NCBI GenBank assembly: GCA_041397805.1
Contig: JAWKWD010000017.1
Span: 8,234 to 72,233 of the forward strand
Direction of reading: 5' to 3'
DNA length: 64,000 nucleotides
DNA from: Hyphomicrobiaceae bacterium
Lineage (GTDB): Bacteria; Pseudomonadota; Alphaproteobacteria; Rhizobiales; Hyphomicrobiaceae
Positions 10,484 through 21,110 of the stretch are shown piece by piece. The notes beneath the pieces were generated by a model. That model saw only the letters and a list, made by a program, of their open reading frames with translations. It was not told where the DNA came from and did no database searches. The position numbers and the translations under genes are program-made. Each line of letters begins with the position of its first letter. Position 1 is the stretch's first letter.

Positions 10484-10699
10484 CTACCGGCCCGAGCCTC
10501 CGACCGTCCCCGCCGCCCTGAACCTGCAGACGCCCATGTCCGCGATGGTTGCGGCGTAGGGATTTCGCACGAGGGTGCGCATGGGACGGGTATCCACGAC
10601 GTTGCCCTTGAGTTGCGCTCCGACCGAGTATGTTTCGACCGCCTGGCGCAGATTGCGCACGTAGAACTCGAAGTCCTCCGTGCCTTTGCCGAGTTTCAT
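10484..10699 (-). CDS. Hypothetical small protein (71 aa)
   Basis: ATG preceded by GGGAGGG about 9 nt upstream. No family recognised. Confidence 0.35.
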   Translation of the reverse strand: MKLGKGTEDFEFYVRNLRQAVETYSVGAQLKGNVVDTRPMRTLVRNPYAATIADMGVCRFRAAGTVGGSGR

Positions 10700-10833
10700 T
10701 CCGAAAACCCTCCCGCAAGCTCCGAGACGAAGCCGAGTCAGGCTAGCGCAAGCTCATTAAGCCGGGCTTTCGGCGACTGCTCGGATTGGTTCGACTGCTT
10801 CCGGGTTTCGTTAACCGTTGCGACGCGTCGCAC

Positions 10834-11583
10834 CTAGGCCGCGGTGAGTCGGGCCATAGTTGCCTCGTCCACCTCGAAGTTGGAGAACACTGCCTGCACG
10901 TCGTCATCGTCCTCGAGGGCTGCGATGAGCTTGAGGATCGTCTCGGCCCGCTCCTCGTCGACTTGGGTCGTGAGCGTCGGCTTCCACACGGCCTTGACCT
11001 GTTCCGGCTCGCCGAACTTGCTCTCAAGTGCGCCTGCAACCTGGCCGAGCGCTTCGAACGTCGTGACCACCAGGTGGCCGTCGTCGCCGCTCTCCACGTC
11101 GTCGGCTCCGGCTTCGATGGCCGCCTCGAGCATGGCGTCGGCAGTCGCCGCTTCGGGCTTGAAACGAATCTCGCCGATCCGGTTGAACATGTGGCCCACC
11201 GAGCCTGTCGCCCCCATGTTCCCGCTGTACTTCGTGAAGACCGCTCGCACAGCTCCGCCGGTCCGGTTCCGGTTGTCCGTCAGAGCCTCGACGATGACGG
11301 CGACGCCACCCGGACCGTAGCCTTCGTAGCGCACCTGCTCGTAAGTCTCGGCATCTCCGCCCGCGGCCTTCTTGATGGCCCTCTCGATGTTGTCCTTCGG
11401 CATGTTCTCGGCTCGCGCGTTCTGGATGGCCAGCCTGAGGCGAGGGTTCATGTCGGGATCGGCAATACCGGTCTTTGCAGCGACCGTGATTTCGCGCGCG
11501 AGCTTGGCGAAAAGCTTGGAGCGGACAGCATCCTGCTTGCCCTTGCGGTGCATGATGTTCTTGAATTGCGAATGTCCGGCCAT
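10834..11583 (-). CDS. yebC: YebC/PmpR family DNA-binding transcriptional regulator
   Basis: [37 protein letters not shown] is a near-invariant YebC N-terminus. 249 aa. Confidence 0.95.
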   Translation of the reverse strand: MAGHSQFKNIMHRKGKQDAVRSKLFAKLAREITVAAKTGIADPDMNPRLRLAIQNARAENMPKDNIERAIKKAAGGDAETYEQVRYEGYGPGGVAVIVEALTDNRNRTGGAVRAVFTKYSGNMGATGSVGHMFNRIGEIRFKPEAATADAMLEAAIEAGADDVESGDDGHLVVTTFEALGQVAGALESKFGEPEQVKAVWKPTLTTQVDEERAETILKLIAALEDDDDVQAVFSNFEVDEATMARLTAA

Positions 11584-11769
11584 GGCTCGTTCTCGGAGTG
11601 TTCGTCAGCGCTGAATGGGAAAGGGGGGCGGCCGCTTGCGCCGCTCCTTGCGCCCTTATAGGCGAAAGCTAGGCCGTTAATCCAGTTGCCGGCGATCCCG
11701 ACCGATGGCGACCAGGAAGGCCCATTCGTGGGGCGCTGGCGGACGGGCGATCGAGGAGAGCGCGAGCAC

Positions 11770-13038
11770 ATGAACGACTGGGGTGAGGGCGCCATCGCGG
11801 AGAGGGCCGAGCGGCGCTCGTGGCATTTGGCCGCCATCGTCGTTGTTCTCTTCCTGCTCGCCTTTATGAACCTGTTTCTGAGGTCCAGCCTGGGCGTGAT
11901 GGCTCCCGAGCTGGCACGCGAGATGACGCTCTCTCCCGCTGCGCTATCCACCGTTGCCAGCGCCTTCTTTCTCGCCTACGCCGTCATGCAGCTTCCGACC
12001 GGTATGCTGCTCGACCGTTTCGGCCCCCGCCTGACGCTTTCGGGCATGTTGCTCTTCACCACGGCCGGCGCGGCAACCTTTGCCTCCTCGGAGTCCGTCG
12101 CCATCCTCTCCCTCGGTCGTGTCCTCATGGGCATCGGCTGCGCGGGCATCTTCACCGGCGCCTACTACGTGCTCGCGCGCTGGCTCACTCAGGAGCGTGT
12201 CGTGACGCTGATGGGCACGCTCAACACCTTCGCCGCGTCCGGAACGCTCTCCGCCACAACCCCTCTGGCTGCCTTGATCGCGCTCATCGGCTGGCGCGAA
12301 TGCTATTGGATCTTCACTGCCGCGGTTGCCGCCCTGCTTGTCGCCGTCGGCCTCGTCATCCGCGACGCTCCTCCGGGTGGAGGATCCGCGCCCTCTCGCT
12401 CGGAAAGCTTGGCCGGCGTCATCGGAGGCGTGGGTGAGGCGCTGCGGCAGCCCGGCATGGTGCGCTTGTTGCTGGCGGGCCTGCCCATCTCGGCGTCGAC
12501 GACGGTCACCGGCGTGTGGGGTGCCCCCTACCTCCGCCAGGTGCACGGATTGGACGTCATCGCCAGTGGCAACGTCTTGCTCGCCATGGCGCTGTGCTCG
12601 ATGGCCGGCCACACCGCCCTGGGCCTTGTCGCGAGGAGCATGAACTCGGTCAAGGCCGCCATGCTGGTTGGCATGTCTGGCGTGCTCTGCGCGATGACGG
12701 GCCTGGCCGCCCTCGATCATCCGCCGGTTGCTGTGGTCACGGCCCTGTTCTGCCTGCTCGGCCTTTCCGCGTCATTTCCCATGATCGTCTTTGCCCACGC
12801 CCGTGGCCTCGTTGCGCCGCATCTCATGGGGCGGGGCCTATCCGCTGCGAACATGGGCCTGATGGCCGCCATCGCGCTGATGCAACTCGCCTTCGGCTGG
12901 ATCGTCGGCACCGTTTCGGGGCCTGGATCGGTGCCGACGGAGCTCGCCTATCGCACAGGCTTTGCCGTACAGGCTACCGCCGCGCTGCTCGCCCTGCTGG
13001 TCTACTTGCCCATCCGCGACGTGAGGCCGAACGGCTAG
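11770..13038 (+). CDS. MFS transporter (12-TMS type)
   Basis: Hydrophobic 422-aa protein with an MFS-like loop 2-3 (LPTGMLLDRFGPR). Start set at the ATG at 11770. Confidence 0.75.
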   Translation: MNDWGEGAIAERAERRSWHLAAIVVVLFLLAFMNLFLRSSLGVMAPELAREMTLSPAALSTVASAFFLAYAVMQLPTGMLLDRFGPRLTLSGMLLFTTAGAATFASSESVAILSLGRVLMGIGCAGIFTGAYYVLARWLTQERVVTLMGTLNTFAASGTLSATTPLAALIALIGWRECYWIFTAAVAALLVAVGLVIRDAPPGGGSAPSRSESLAGVIGGVGEALRQPGMVRLLLAGLPISASTTVTGVWGAPYLRQVHGLDVIASGNVLLAMALCSMAGHTALGLVARSMNSVKAAMLVGMSGVLCAMTGLAALDHPPVAVVTALFCLLGLSASFPMIVFAHARGLVAPHLMGRGLSAANMGLMAAIALMQLAFGWIVGTVSGPGSVPTELAYRTGFAVQATAALLALLVYLPIRDVRPNG

Positions 13039-13138
13039 ACGCAGGCAACGGACACGCCGCAAGCTGGCCGCACGAGGTTGGCAAGCCTTCCCTCCCGAGC
13101 CTAGGCTCTCGCCCAAATCAGAACGCAAGGAGACGCCG

Positions 13139-14374
13139 ATGCCGTTGAACGCCAAGCCGCTCGAGTGCCTGAAAGGGCTTCGCGTGCTCGACCTTTCGCA
13201 ATTCGAGGCGGGCCCGTCATGCACCGAGGCGCTCGCCTGGATGGGGGCCGAGGTCGTCAAGGTCGAGAACCCGAAGCTGGGCGATCCGGGACGCGCCGCC
13301 ATCTTCGGCAGCCCTGAGAAGGACAGCACCTACTTCCTGATTTTCAACGCCAACAAGAAATCGATGACGGTCGATCTCAAGTCGCCCGAAGGCAAGAAGC
13401 TGGTTCTCGATCTCGCCGCGAAGGCGGACGTGATGGTCGAGAATTTCGCCCCTGGCGCAATCGAGCGCCTTGGCCTCGGCTGGGAAGTCGTCTCGAAGAT
13501 CAACCCGGGCCTCATCTACGCGCAGGTCAAAGGCTTCGGCGAGGGGAGCCCCTACGAGAAGAATCTGGCCTTCGATATGATTGCGCAGGCGTGCGGCGGC
13601 GTCATGTCGATCACCGGGATGCCCGACGGCCCGCCGGTCAAGCCGGGTGCCACCATCGGCGACACCGGCACCGGCATGCTCCTCGCCATCTCGATCCTCT
13701 CCGCCTACGTCGAGAAGCAGCGGACGGGCAAAGGCCAGCGCCTGCAGGTCGCCATGCAAGACGCGATGCTGCACTACATCCGGATCGCCTTCGCGACCCA
13801 GGCCCGCACGGGAGTCGTCGCCGGACGCGCCGGTGCCAAGATGCTATCGGGCGTCACCTCGCCGGGAGGTATCTATCCCTGCAAGCCTGGAGGACCGAAC
13901 GACTGGGTCTATATCTACACGAGCCGGGGCAACGAGGAGCACTGGAAGCGGCTCGCCCGCGTCATCGGCCGGCCCGAGCTTGCCGATGATCCACGCTTCG
14001 CGACGACGGCGGCCCGTGCCGAGCGCGAGGCCGAGGTCGACCAGATTGTCTCGACCTGGACCAGGACCCAGACCAAGCACGACGCCATGCGCATCGTGGG
14101 CGAAGCCGGAATTCCCGCCGGCGCCGTGCTCGACACCATGGAGCTGGTCGATGACACGAGCTTTGAAGAGCGCGGCATCATGCAGGTGATGGATCATCCC
14201 AAGGTTGGCCCCCTGAAGGTGCCGGCTTGGCCTGTTCGTCATGACGGCAAGCCAGCCGAGGTCAAGGCATCTCCCCTGCTGGGTGAGAACACGGCCGACG
14301 TCCTGAGGAGCTGGCTGGGGAAGAGCGAGGACGAGATCAGCGCCCTCAAGACAGCCCGCATCGCCGGCGCCTGA
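13139..14374 (+). CDS. CoA transferase, family III (CaiB/BaiF/Frc-like)
   Basis: LKGLRVLDLSQFEAGPSCTEALAWMGAEVVKVE N-terminal signature of family III CoA-transferases. 411 aa. Confidence 0.85.
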   Translation: MPLNAKPLECLKGLRVLDLSQFEAGPSCTEALAWMGAEVVKVENPKLGDPGRAAIFGSPEKDSTYFLIFNANKKSMTVDLKSPEGKKLVLDLAAKADVMVENFAPGAIERLGLGWEVVSKINPGLIYAQVKGFGEGSPYEKNLAFDMIAQACGGVMSITGMPDGPPVKPGATIGDTGTGMLLAISILSAYVEKQRTGKGQRLQVAMQDAMLHYIRIAFATQARTGVVAGRAGAKMLSGVTSPGGIYPCKPGGPNDWVYIYTSRGNEEHWKRLARVIGRPELADDPRFATTAARAEREAEVDQIVSTWTRTQTKHDAMRIVGEAGIPAGAVLDTMELVDDTSFEERGIMQVMDHPKVGPLKVPAWPVRHDGKPAEVKASPLLGENTADVLRSWLGKSEDEISALKTARIAGA

Positions 14375-14553
14375 TACGCAGGGTTGAGGCCGGGCCCGCT
14401 CGCCGGGGCCCGGCAACGGCCGGGGTGCGATGATCGCTGGCAGCCGGCCGTCCCCTTGCGCCGGACAAGGACCTCACCCGAGAGTTCCGCCGCCGTGCGG
14501 GTTCCGTAGCCGTGCCAGCGGAGCTTCATCCGCCAGTCGTGCGCGACGCTTTC

Positions 14554-14814
14554 TCACTCGTCTTGCAAGCTGCTGAGCGAATCGATGGCCCAGTTGATTC
14601 GATCGAGAAGCTCGCGGCGCTGCGCCTCGAGCGCCTCGATCCGTGCCTCCGCCGCAGCCAATTGCTCCCTGAGCCGCGCGCATTCCGCCGCCAGCCCGCC
14701 GCTTCCGGTCGCGGCGCGCGTCTCCCCCTTTGCCCGGGTTGAGCGGCTGGGCGCCTTCTTTGCCTGCTTTTTTGCCTTGCCGGCTGTCCGGTCCGCCATT
14801 CGCCGCTCCGCCAA
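14554..14814 (-). CDS. Hypothetical coiled-coil protein with Lys/Ala-rich N-terminus (86 aa)
   Basis: Heptad-like ECARLREQLAAAEARIEALEAQRRELLDRINWAIDSL. No confident family. Confidence 0.35.
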   Translation of the reverse strand: MAERRMADRTAGKAKKQAKKAPSRSTRAKGETRAATGSGGLAAECARLREQLAAAEARIEALEAQRRELLDRINWAIDSLSSLQDE

Positions 14815-15093
14815 CCCTCGGACGCAGGGCCAATCAAGTCATAAACCAACAAGATTAAGACGACTGGTCGCAAACATCGCGCTGGTGCATCGCCTGTGCA
14901 ACCATCTCGACCATCTCCCTTAAGAAAGCAAGTGCGTGACGCATTGACAGCGGACGCTTCACTGCACAATTTCCTGCCACCGAGACGCACGATCCACACT
15001 CACTCTGGCCATAAGGGATCGCGCTCGTTCGCTCCGGAACGGGATTCCGGGAGTCACGAACGCTTTTTATCATCCGACGCGAGAGGACATCCT

Positions 15094-16101
15094 ATGACAG
15101 TGAAGGTCGCCATCAACGGCTTCGGCCGGATTGGCCGTAACGTGTTGCGCGCGATCATCGAATCCGGTCGTACCGACATCCAGGTCGTGGCCATCAACGA
15201 CCTGGGGCCGGTCGAGACGAATGCCCATCTGCTGCGGTTTGACAGTGTTCACGGCCGCTTCCCGTACGAGGTCAAGGTGTCGGGCGATTCGATCGATGTC
15301 GGCCGCGGCCCGATCAAGGTGACGGCTGAGCGCGACCCTGCCAAACTGCCGCATAAGGAAATGGGTGTAGAGATTGCTCTCGAGTGCACTGGCATCTTTA
15401 CCTCGAAGGAGAAGGCCTCCGCCCATTTGACGGCCGGCGCCAAGCGCGTTCTGGTCTCTGCGCCCGCCGATAATGCCGACCTGACCGTCGTTTACGGCGT
15501 CAACCACGACAAACTGACGAAGGAGCATTTGGTCGTCTCGAACGCTTCGTGCACGACCAACTGCCTGGCCCCGGTCGCCAAGGTGCTGAACGACAGCGTC
15601 GGCATCGAGAAGGGCTTCATGACGACCATTCATGCCTACACGGGCGACCAGCCGACACTCGACACGATGCACAAGGATCTCTACCGGGCGCGCGCTGCGG
15701 CGTTGTCGATGATTCCGACCTCGACCGGTGCCGCCAAGGCAGTGGGTCTGGTGCTGCCCGAGCTCAACGGCAAGCTCGACGGGACTGCCATTCGCGTGCC
15801 GACCCCCAACGTATCGGTGGTCGACTTCAAGTTCGTCGCCAAGAAGAAGACGTCGAAGGACGAGATCAACGAGGCGATCAAGCGCGCCTCCGGACAGGCA
15901 CTGAAAGGCATCCTCGGCGTGACCGACCAGCCGAATGTGTCGACCGACTTCAACCACGACAGCCACTCGTCGGTATTCCATCTCGACCAGACCAAGGTCA
16001 TGGACGGCACGCTCGTCCGCGTCCTTTCCTGGTACGACAACGAGTGGGGCTTCTCGAACCGCATGTCCGACACCGCGGTGGCCATGGGCAAACTGCTCTA
16101 A
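15094..16101 (+). CDS. gap: Type I glyceraldehyde-3-phosphate dehydrogenase
   Basis: [20 protein letters not shown] and the [12 protein letters not shown] active site. GAGAGGA RBS before the ATG at 15094. 335 aa. Confidence 0.97.
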   Translation: MTVKVAINGFGRIGRNVLRAIIESGRTDIQVVAINDLGPVETNAHLLRFDSVHGRFPYEVKVSGDSIDVGRGPIKVTAERDPAKLPHKEMGVEIALECTGIFTSKEKASAHLTAGAKRVLVSAPADNADLTVVYGVNHDKLTKEHLVVSNASCTTNCLAPVAKVLNDSVGIEKGFMTTIHAYTGDQPTLDTMHKDLYRARAAALSMIPTSTGAAKAVGLVLPELNGKLDGTAIRVPTPNVSVVDFKFVAKKKTSKDEINEAIKRASGQALKGILGVTDQPNVSTDFNHDSHSSVFHLDQTKVMDGTLVRVLSWYDNEWGFSNRMSDTAVAMGKLL

Positions 16102-16256
16102 GGCTGGCCTTTTCCAGCTCAAGCACGTATCCGGAGGGCCTCACGTCGCGAAGACGGCGTGAGGCCCTTCGCACGTCCACCTGTGAGCGTGCTCTGACGA
16201 GCCGCTCGTTGCGGGCGCCCGAGGCTCCACGCGCAGCGATCGAGGCCCCACCACTC

Positions 16257-16796
16257 ATGTCAGACGGCGGCAAGCCACGTACCCGGAAGCCCGCCGGTCC
16301 CCGCCCGGTGACGCCATCCTATCTTCGGAACGCCGCGCTGCATTACGTCTCCCAGAGGGCCGCGAGCAGAACCATGGTTCGCCGCCTCCTCGAGCGCAGG
16401 GCGATGCGGCGACTGGCCGTCCGTCGTCTCGACGAAGCGACGGAAAAGATGATCGCCGATGCCGTGTCCGAGCTTGCCGATCTCGGCCTCATCGATGATG
16501 CCCGCTTTGCCGAGGCCCGCGCCGCGAGCCTTGCCGGGAGAGGTCTGTCGGGTAGGCGCATCCGGATGGGTCTGCGCGAGAAGGGCATCGCGCCCGAGAC
16601 GATCTCCGAGGCCGTGGGCGATGGGATCGACGAGCTGGCCCAGGCCCGGGTTTTCGTCGCCCGCAAGCGGCTCGGCCGTTGGAGGCGTGGCGGCATGACC
16701 CCGGAAACGCGACGCAAGGACCTCGCGGCGCTGGCCCGAGCCGGTTTCGCGTTCCGTATAGCGAGCCAGGCTCTCGACGACCCGGACGAGCCCTGA
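16257..16796 (+). CDS. recX: Regulatory protein RecX
   Basis: SYLRNAALHYVSQRAASRTMVRRLLERR and LGLIDDARFAEARAASL repeats are typical of RecX. The upstream part of the ORF overlaps gap in another frame and was rejected. Confidence 0.75.
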   Translation: MSDGGKPRTRKPAGPRPVTPSYLRNAALHYVSQRAASRTMVRRLLERRAMRRLAVRRLDEATEKMIADAVSELADLGLIDDARFAEARAASLAGRGLSGRRIRMGLREKGIAPETISEAVGDGIDELAQARVFVARKRLGRWRRGGMTPETRRKDLAALARAGFAFRIASQALDDPDEP

Positions 16797-16911
16797 CGGG
16801 AACCGCGGTGGTTGCAACGGGCGACCGGGCTGAGGCATGATTTGCGCGCCGGCGGCGGACTTGGCCCTGCCGGCATTTTTCTGCGCCCGGCAGACCCGAA
16901 GGAAGCACGCT

Positions 16912-17724
16912 ATGACCGACGCCGCCGACCTCGCTGATCCAAATCCTTCGCGGCCGTCGGCCACGATCATGCTCGTTCGTGACGGCATGGAAGGCATCGA
17001 GATCTTCATGGTCGTGCGCGACCGTCCCATGGACGGTGCGATGGGCGCCGTCGTCTTCCCCGGTGGGAAGATCGACGAGGAGGATCGCCATCCCGAGAGC
17101 TGGGGTCACTTGTCGGCGCCGCAGTCTCATCCGGACCTGCCGTACTGGCTGGCCGGTATGCGCGAGACCTTCGAGGAGGCGGGCGTCGTCATCGCGCGGC
17201 CCAAGGGGGCGACCAGCGGCGATATCGCGCCCGAACGGGCTCGCGAGATGGTAGCAAAGCATCGCGACAACCTGCTCGACCGCAAGGTCACGTTCGCCGA
17301 GATCATCAAGTCGGAGGGGCTGGACCCGGCGCTCGACCACATGGTCCACTTCGCCCATTGGCAGACGCCGCTGGGCCTGCCGAAGCGTTTCGACACGCAC
17401 TTTTTTCTCGTCTCTGCGCCTGATGGCCAGGAGCCCATCCACGACGGCCGGGAGATGGTCGACTGCTTCTGGATCTCGCCCGCCAAGATCGTCGCGGAGG
17501 CCGCATCCGGCAAGCGGACGCTCGTCCCGGCAACGCGCATGAACCTCGAGCTTCTCGCCGAGAGCCGCACCGTCGCCGAGGCCATGGAGCGTGCCCGCGG
17601 CCGCAAGGTCATGATGGTCCGGCCCGAGCGCTTCAAGACCGGAGACGGCAAGTGGGCGGTACGCATTCCGGCCGACGCCGGCTACCGGACCACGGAGATC
17701 GCCTCGTCGAGCCAGCGCAGCTAG
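16912..17724 (+). CDS. NUDIX-fold hydrolase
   Basis: FPGGKIDEEDRH...AGMRETFEEAGV resembles the Nudix box GX5EX7REUXEEXGU. Confidence 0.7.
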   Translation: MTDAADLADPNPSRPSATIMLVRDGMEGIEIFMVVRDRPMDGAMGAVVFPGGKIDEEDRHPESWGHLSAPQSHPDLPYWLAGMRETFEEAGVVIARPKGATSGDIAPERAREMVAKHRDNLLDRKVTFAEIIKSEGLDPALDHMVHFAHWQTPLGLPKRFDTHFFLVSAPDGQEPIHDGREMVDCFWISPAKIVAEAASGKRTLVPATRMNLELLAESRTVAEAMERARGRKVMMVRPERFKTGDGKWAVRIPADAGYRTTEIASSSQRS

Positions 17725-17770
17725 GTCGAGGCGCAGCGCCGAGGTCAGGGTCGCCGGTTGGCGAGCACGG

Positions 17771-18157
17771 CTATACGAGCTGCACCAGGATGATGAAGAG
17801 CCCGAGGATCGACACGGCCCACACGCCGGTTCTCAGCCACGGGATGCCGATCGTGTAGACGACTGCGTAGACGAGCCGCGCCCAGAAGAAGATCGCAGCG
17901 CCGAGCGCCGTTTGCGCGTTCGCCCGCTGTGCCAGGTGGGCGACGAGGACCAGCACCGCGAAGAGGACGAGGCTCTCCAGCATGTTCCTGTGGGCACGCG
18001 CCGCCCTGCCAGCCCATCCCTCGATGGCCGGCAGGCCCTCGCGGTTGCCGGCAAGAGCCGGTAGCCCAACCGCACCGACGGCTCCGAGAACGGCGACCAC
18101 CGCCTGAAGAAATGCAAGTACGGCCGCCCATACGAGATAGCTGAGATCCGGGGTCAC
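17771..18157 (-). CDS. MAPEG family membrane protein
   Basis: 128 aa with 3-4 hydrophobic helices. RAHRNMLESLVLFAVLVLV and FFWARLVYAVVYTIGIPWLRT resemble MAPEG. GTG at 18157 with GGAGG 7 nt upstream. Confidence 0.65.
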   Translation of the reverse strand: MTPDLSYLVWAAVLAFLQAVVAVLGAVGAVGLPALAGNREGLPAIEGWAGRAARAHRNMLESLVLFAVLVLVAHLAQRANAQTALGAAIFFWARLVYAVVYTIGIPWLRTGVWAVSILGLFIILVQLV

Positions 18158-18315
18158 GACTTTGCCTCCGCATGGAATATGATGCCGCCCGAAGCCCGGG
18201 CCGCGTTCAACCATTGAGTTGGAAGTAGACGTCCGCATTGCACGTGCGCAGCCGCCGACTGGGAAGGGTGCAGTAACCGGGTGCACAGCGTCAATCCGGC
18301 ATCAGCAGGCAACGT

Positions 18316-19002
18316 ATGGCCGATCTTCCAGATATCCCGAGAGCCGAGGCGGCCATCGTCGACCGCACCAACGTCTTCCGCCAGACCGAGGGTCTCGGTA
18401 CAGTACGGCGAGACCCCGCGCTTGACCGGGCCGCGAAAGCCTTTGCTCGCTATCTGGCAAGGACGGGTCGCTTTTCACACGAGGCCGACGGACGCAAACC
18501 CGCTGACCGCGCTCAGGCGGCAGGTTACTGGTTCTGCACGATTGCCGAGAATCTGGCGCTCAATCTCGACAGCCGCGGTTTCACGGTCGAGAAGCTCGCG
18601 CGCGAGACCATGGAGGGCTGGAAAAACTCTCCTGGCCACCGCAGGAATCTCGAGCTCCCCTCCGTCACCGAGATCGGAGTCGGCATTGCCCAGGCCGAAG
18701 GTGAACCGAAATTCCTCAGTGTCCAGTTGCTCGGCCGCCCCCGACGCCTCGCTTACGAGTTCAAGGTCGTGAATACGAGCCGCGTCGCAGTCTCCTATTC
18801 GTTTGCCGGCCAGGACTATGATCTGCCTGCGCGCGCCACCGTCACGCACAAGGCGTGCGAGCCTGGCGGCATCCACTTCAAGAGCGCTGGCGGCTGGTTG
18901 GGTGGCAAGCGCATCGACGCGCGCTATCAGGCGGCCGACAAGGCCCGGTACGAGGTGCACGTCGACGCGGGCGGCAAGCTTCGTGTCGAGGCGAGCCGTT
19001 AG
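18316..19002 (+). CDS. CAP (SCP/PR-1-like) domain protein
   Basis: NVFRQTEGLGTVRRDPALDRAAKAFARYLA...GWKNSPGHRRNL is typical of bacterial CAP domains. It carries an extra C-terminal region of about 90 aa. Confidence 0.7.
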   Translation: MADLPDIPRAEAAIVDRTNVFRQTEGLGTVRRDPALDRAAKAFARYLARTGRFSHEADGRKPADRAQAAGYWFCTIAENLALNLDSRGFTVEKLARETMEGWKNSPGHRRNLELPSVTEIGVGIAQAEGEPKFLSVQLLGRPRRLAYEFKVVNTSRVAVSYSFAGQDYDLPARATVTHKACEPGGIHFKSAGGWLGGKRIDARYQAADKARYEVHVDAGGKLRVEASR

Positions 19003-19007
19003 CGACT

Positions 19008-19745
19008 TCAGTTGGCCTTTTCACGCAGCAGCAGTGTCACCATCCGCGAACGTACTTCCGGCATCGCGATTCCGTGCGGAGCCAGCACACGCGTTTCGAG
19101 AAAATGGCCCGTTAAAGCGAACCCTGCGGCGAGCTCCGTGTTGGCCACCCCGCCGTGAACGCGTCCGGCCAGGAATCCGGGCAGCGCAAGCAATCGGTCC
19201 TTGTAGGGCTCGCCTGCCGAAGCCGAGACCGCGCGCCCCGTTCGCGGCGAGACATAGATCAGGTGGTCGTTGCTTCCCGTCGCGGCGCACTGCGCGAGGT
19301 CGAGCCCGTACCCGAGCTCCTCAAGGAGCGCCAGCTCCCACCGGACGATCAGCGCCGGCCACACCGTCGGATCGTCGAGGAACCCCAAGACGAACAGCGT
19401 CACCTCGAAGAGTGCGGGATGCGGGTCGCGCTCGGGAAGCAGCCTTGCCATCGTCGCGAGTGACGAGAGCGCGGCGAGGCGTGCAGGATCTGCGGCCGCC
19501 ATCGCCTCCGCAGCAAACCCGCGCCTGAGCTCGATCGCGAAGTGCCCGAGTTGGTCGGCAAGCCGCCCCTTCCATTCGACGTCCACATGGTTGCCGGTCT
19601 GCAATGTCGGCCGCAGCCGGCGCGAACGCCCGCCGTGCACGAAGCCCAGATATCGCCCATGCTCGCGCGTCAACAGCTCTGCCACCGCCGCCGTCTCGCC
19701 GTGCGCGCGCACCGAGAGCACGATCGCCTCGTCGTTCCAGTTCAT
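19008..19745 (-). CDS. recO: DNA repair protein RecO
   Basis: MNWNDEAIVLSVRAHGETAAVAELLTREHGRYLGFV is a typical alphaproteobacterial RecO N-terminus. The long upstream extension of the ORF was rejected. Confidence 0.9.
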   Translation of the reverse strand: MNWNDEAIVLSVRAHGETAAVAELLTREHGRYLGFVHGGRSRRLRPTLQTGNHVDVEWKGRLADQLGHFAIELRRGFAAEAMAAADPARLAALSSLATMARLLPERDPHPALFEVTLFVLGFLDDPTVWPALIVRWELALLEELGYGLDLAQCAATGSNDHLIYVSPRTGRAVSASAGEPYKDRLLALPGFLAGRVHGGVANTELAAGFALTGHFLETRVLAPHGIAMPEVRSRMVTLLLREKAN

Positions 19746-19889
19746 GGCAGGACTTGTACCACGTCGCGCGCCCCAGGCCCTCGCGCCTCGCGGCGCCGTT
19801 CTGCCACGTCGATAGCGCGGACCCGGTGTCCGTTGCCAACGGCTCGCGGCTGCGCTCTGATCGGCACGCCAGCTATGTGGAGGACGTCC

Positions 19890-20201
19890 ATGATAATCGC
19901 CGTTGTTCAGATCCCGATGCCGAAGCGTCCTAAGGAGGCGGCCGTTGCGGCCCAGACAAAATCGGCACCCACGTATCGCGGCCTCGCCGAGAAGGGCCTT
20001 CTCCGCAAGGATTATCTGAATGGCGATGCGGGCGGCGGCGGCATCTACACCTGGGTGTCGCGCGAGGCGGCCGAGGCCTTCTACAACGCCGACTGGTTCG
20101 CGAAGGCCGAGGCCACGTTCGGTGCCCGCCCCTCGGTCACCTACTATGAAACGTACGTCACAGTGGACAACGTCAAGGGCGAGACGGTCGTTCGCGACTA
20201 G
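19890..20201 (+). CDS. YdhR-like putative monooxygenase (dimeric alpha/beta barrel)
   Basis: MIIAVVQIPMP...GLLRKDYL....GGIYTWVSREAAEAFY resembles the YdhR family. GGAGGA RBS before the ATG at 19890. Confidence 0.55.
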   Translation: MIIAVVQIPMPKRPKEAAVAAQTKSAPTYRGLAEKGLLRKDYLNGDAGGGGIYTWVSREAAEAFYNADWFAKAEATFGARPSVTYYETYVTVDNVKGETVVRD

Positions 20202-20279
20202 CGCATTGTGACGAGACGCGTGCAAGAGGCCTTGCTCGCGGCCTGATCATCGCATTGGAAACGCAACGCTGATCTCCTA

Positions 20280-20465
20280 CATTCTGAGTCGCAGGGCTGC
20301 GGGGTGCGTCAGGGCATATTCGACCCGGGGGCCTATACTCTTCGCATGGGAGCTGTCCCTGACCGGGCTCGTGGGCTTGGTCACACGGCGCCCACCTACA
20401 TAAGTAGGGACCACGCGGGGACGACCGCTCAACGGCCATCGCGGCTCTGCACTGCGACAAGGGGC
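20280..20465 (+). ncRNA. ssrS: Candidate 6S RNA (ssrS)
   Basis: Non-coding stretch of about 185 nt directly upstream of, and co-oriented with, the 5-formyl-THF cyclo-ligase gene, the classic ssrS-ygfA synteny. Long-range closing stem: GTCGCAG (20288-20294) pairs with CTGCGAC (20451-20457). This is extended by GGGCUGCG with CGCGGCUC (two G-U pairs). Boundaries are approximate. Confidence 0.55.
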
Positions 20466-20500
20466 CGGGCTAGGATGATCCCGCACCTGCGGAGGGCCCC

Positions 20501-21094
20501 ATGACTGCGACCGACGCCGTCGTTCACGCCAAGCGCCAGCTTCGCGACGAGGCCAAGAAGCGCCGTGCAGAGCTGTCGCTGGCCGACCGCACCGCAGCAG
20601 CGGCAAGCCTCGCCGCCCAAGGGTTGGGGTTCCTCCCTCCGGACACGCCCGCAAAGGTCGTCTCCGCGTTCCTGGCCATCGGTGAGGAGATCAACCCGGT
20701 ACCGCTGATGAGCCGTCTCCACCGTGAGGGCGCGACGCTTGGTCTACCGGTCATGGTGGGCAAGGGCCTGCCCCTCGCTTTTCGTGCCTGGTCGCCGGGT
20801 GCCCCATTGCGCACCGTCGTCTGGGGAATCCGCGAGCCTGAGGAGACCGCCCCGTTGGTCGAGCCGGACGTGCTTCTGATGCCTCTCCTGGCTTTCGATC
20901 GCAGCGGAATGCGCCTCGGCTACGGAGGCGGCTTCTACGACCGCACGTTGTGCGACTTGCGCGCCCGCAGGAGCGTGCTCGCCATCGGACTGGCCTTCGC
21001 CAGCCAGGAGGTCGACGAGGTCCCCCATCTCGATTATGACGAGCGGCTGGACTGGGTGCTCACGCCGGAGGGCCCCATACGTTGTAAGGATTGA
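20501..21094 (+). CDS. ygfA: 5-formyltetrahydrofolate cyclo-ligase
   Basis: LLMPLLAFDRSGMRLGYGGGFYDRTL is the family signature. 197 aa. Confidence 0.85.
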   Translation: MTATDAVVHAKRQLRDEAKKRRAELSLADRTAAAASLAAQGLGFLPPDTPAKVVSAFLAIGEEINPVPLMSRLHREGATLGLPVMVGKGLPLAFRAWSPGAPLRTVVWGIREPEETAPLVEPDVLLMPLLAFDRSGMRLGYGGGFYDRTLCDLRARRSVLAIGLAFASQEVDEVPHLDYDERLDWVLTPEGPIRCKD

Positions 21095-21110
21095 TGGAAA
21101 GCGGCCGCTG

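Noticed and set aside
15549-16256. N-terminal 236 codons of the recX ORF overlapping gap in another frame
   Set aside because: The overlap with a highly conserved gap gene and the Arg-rich composition argue against it. RecX similarity begins only after the ATG at 16257.
19746-20225. Upstream extension of recO (405-aa ORF) and upstream extension of the YdhR-like ORF (19542-19889)
   Set aside because: The extensions overlap each other on opposite strands. Conserved N-termini and RBS support the starts at 19745 (recO) and 19890 (YdhR-like).
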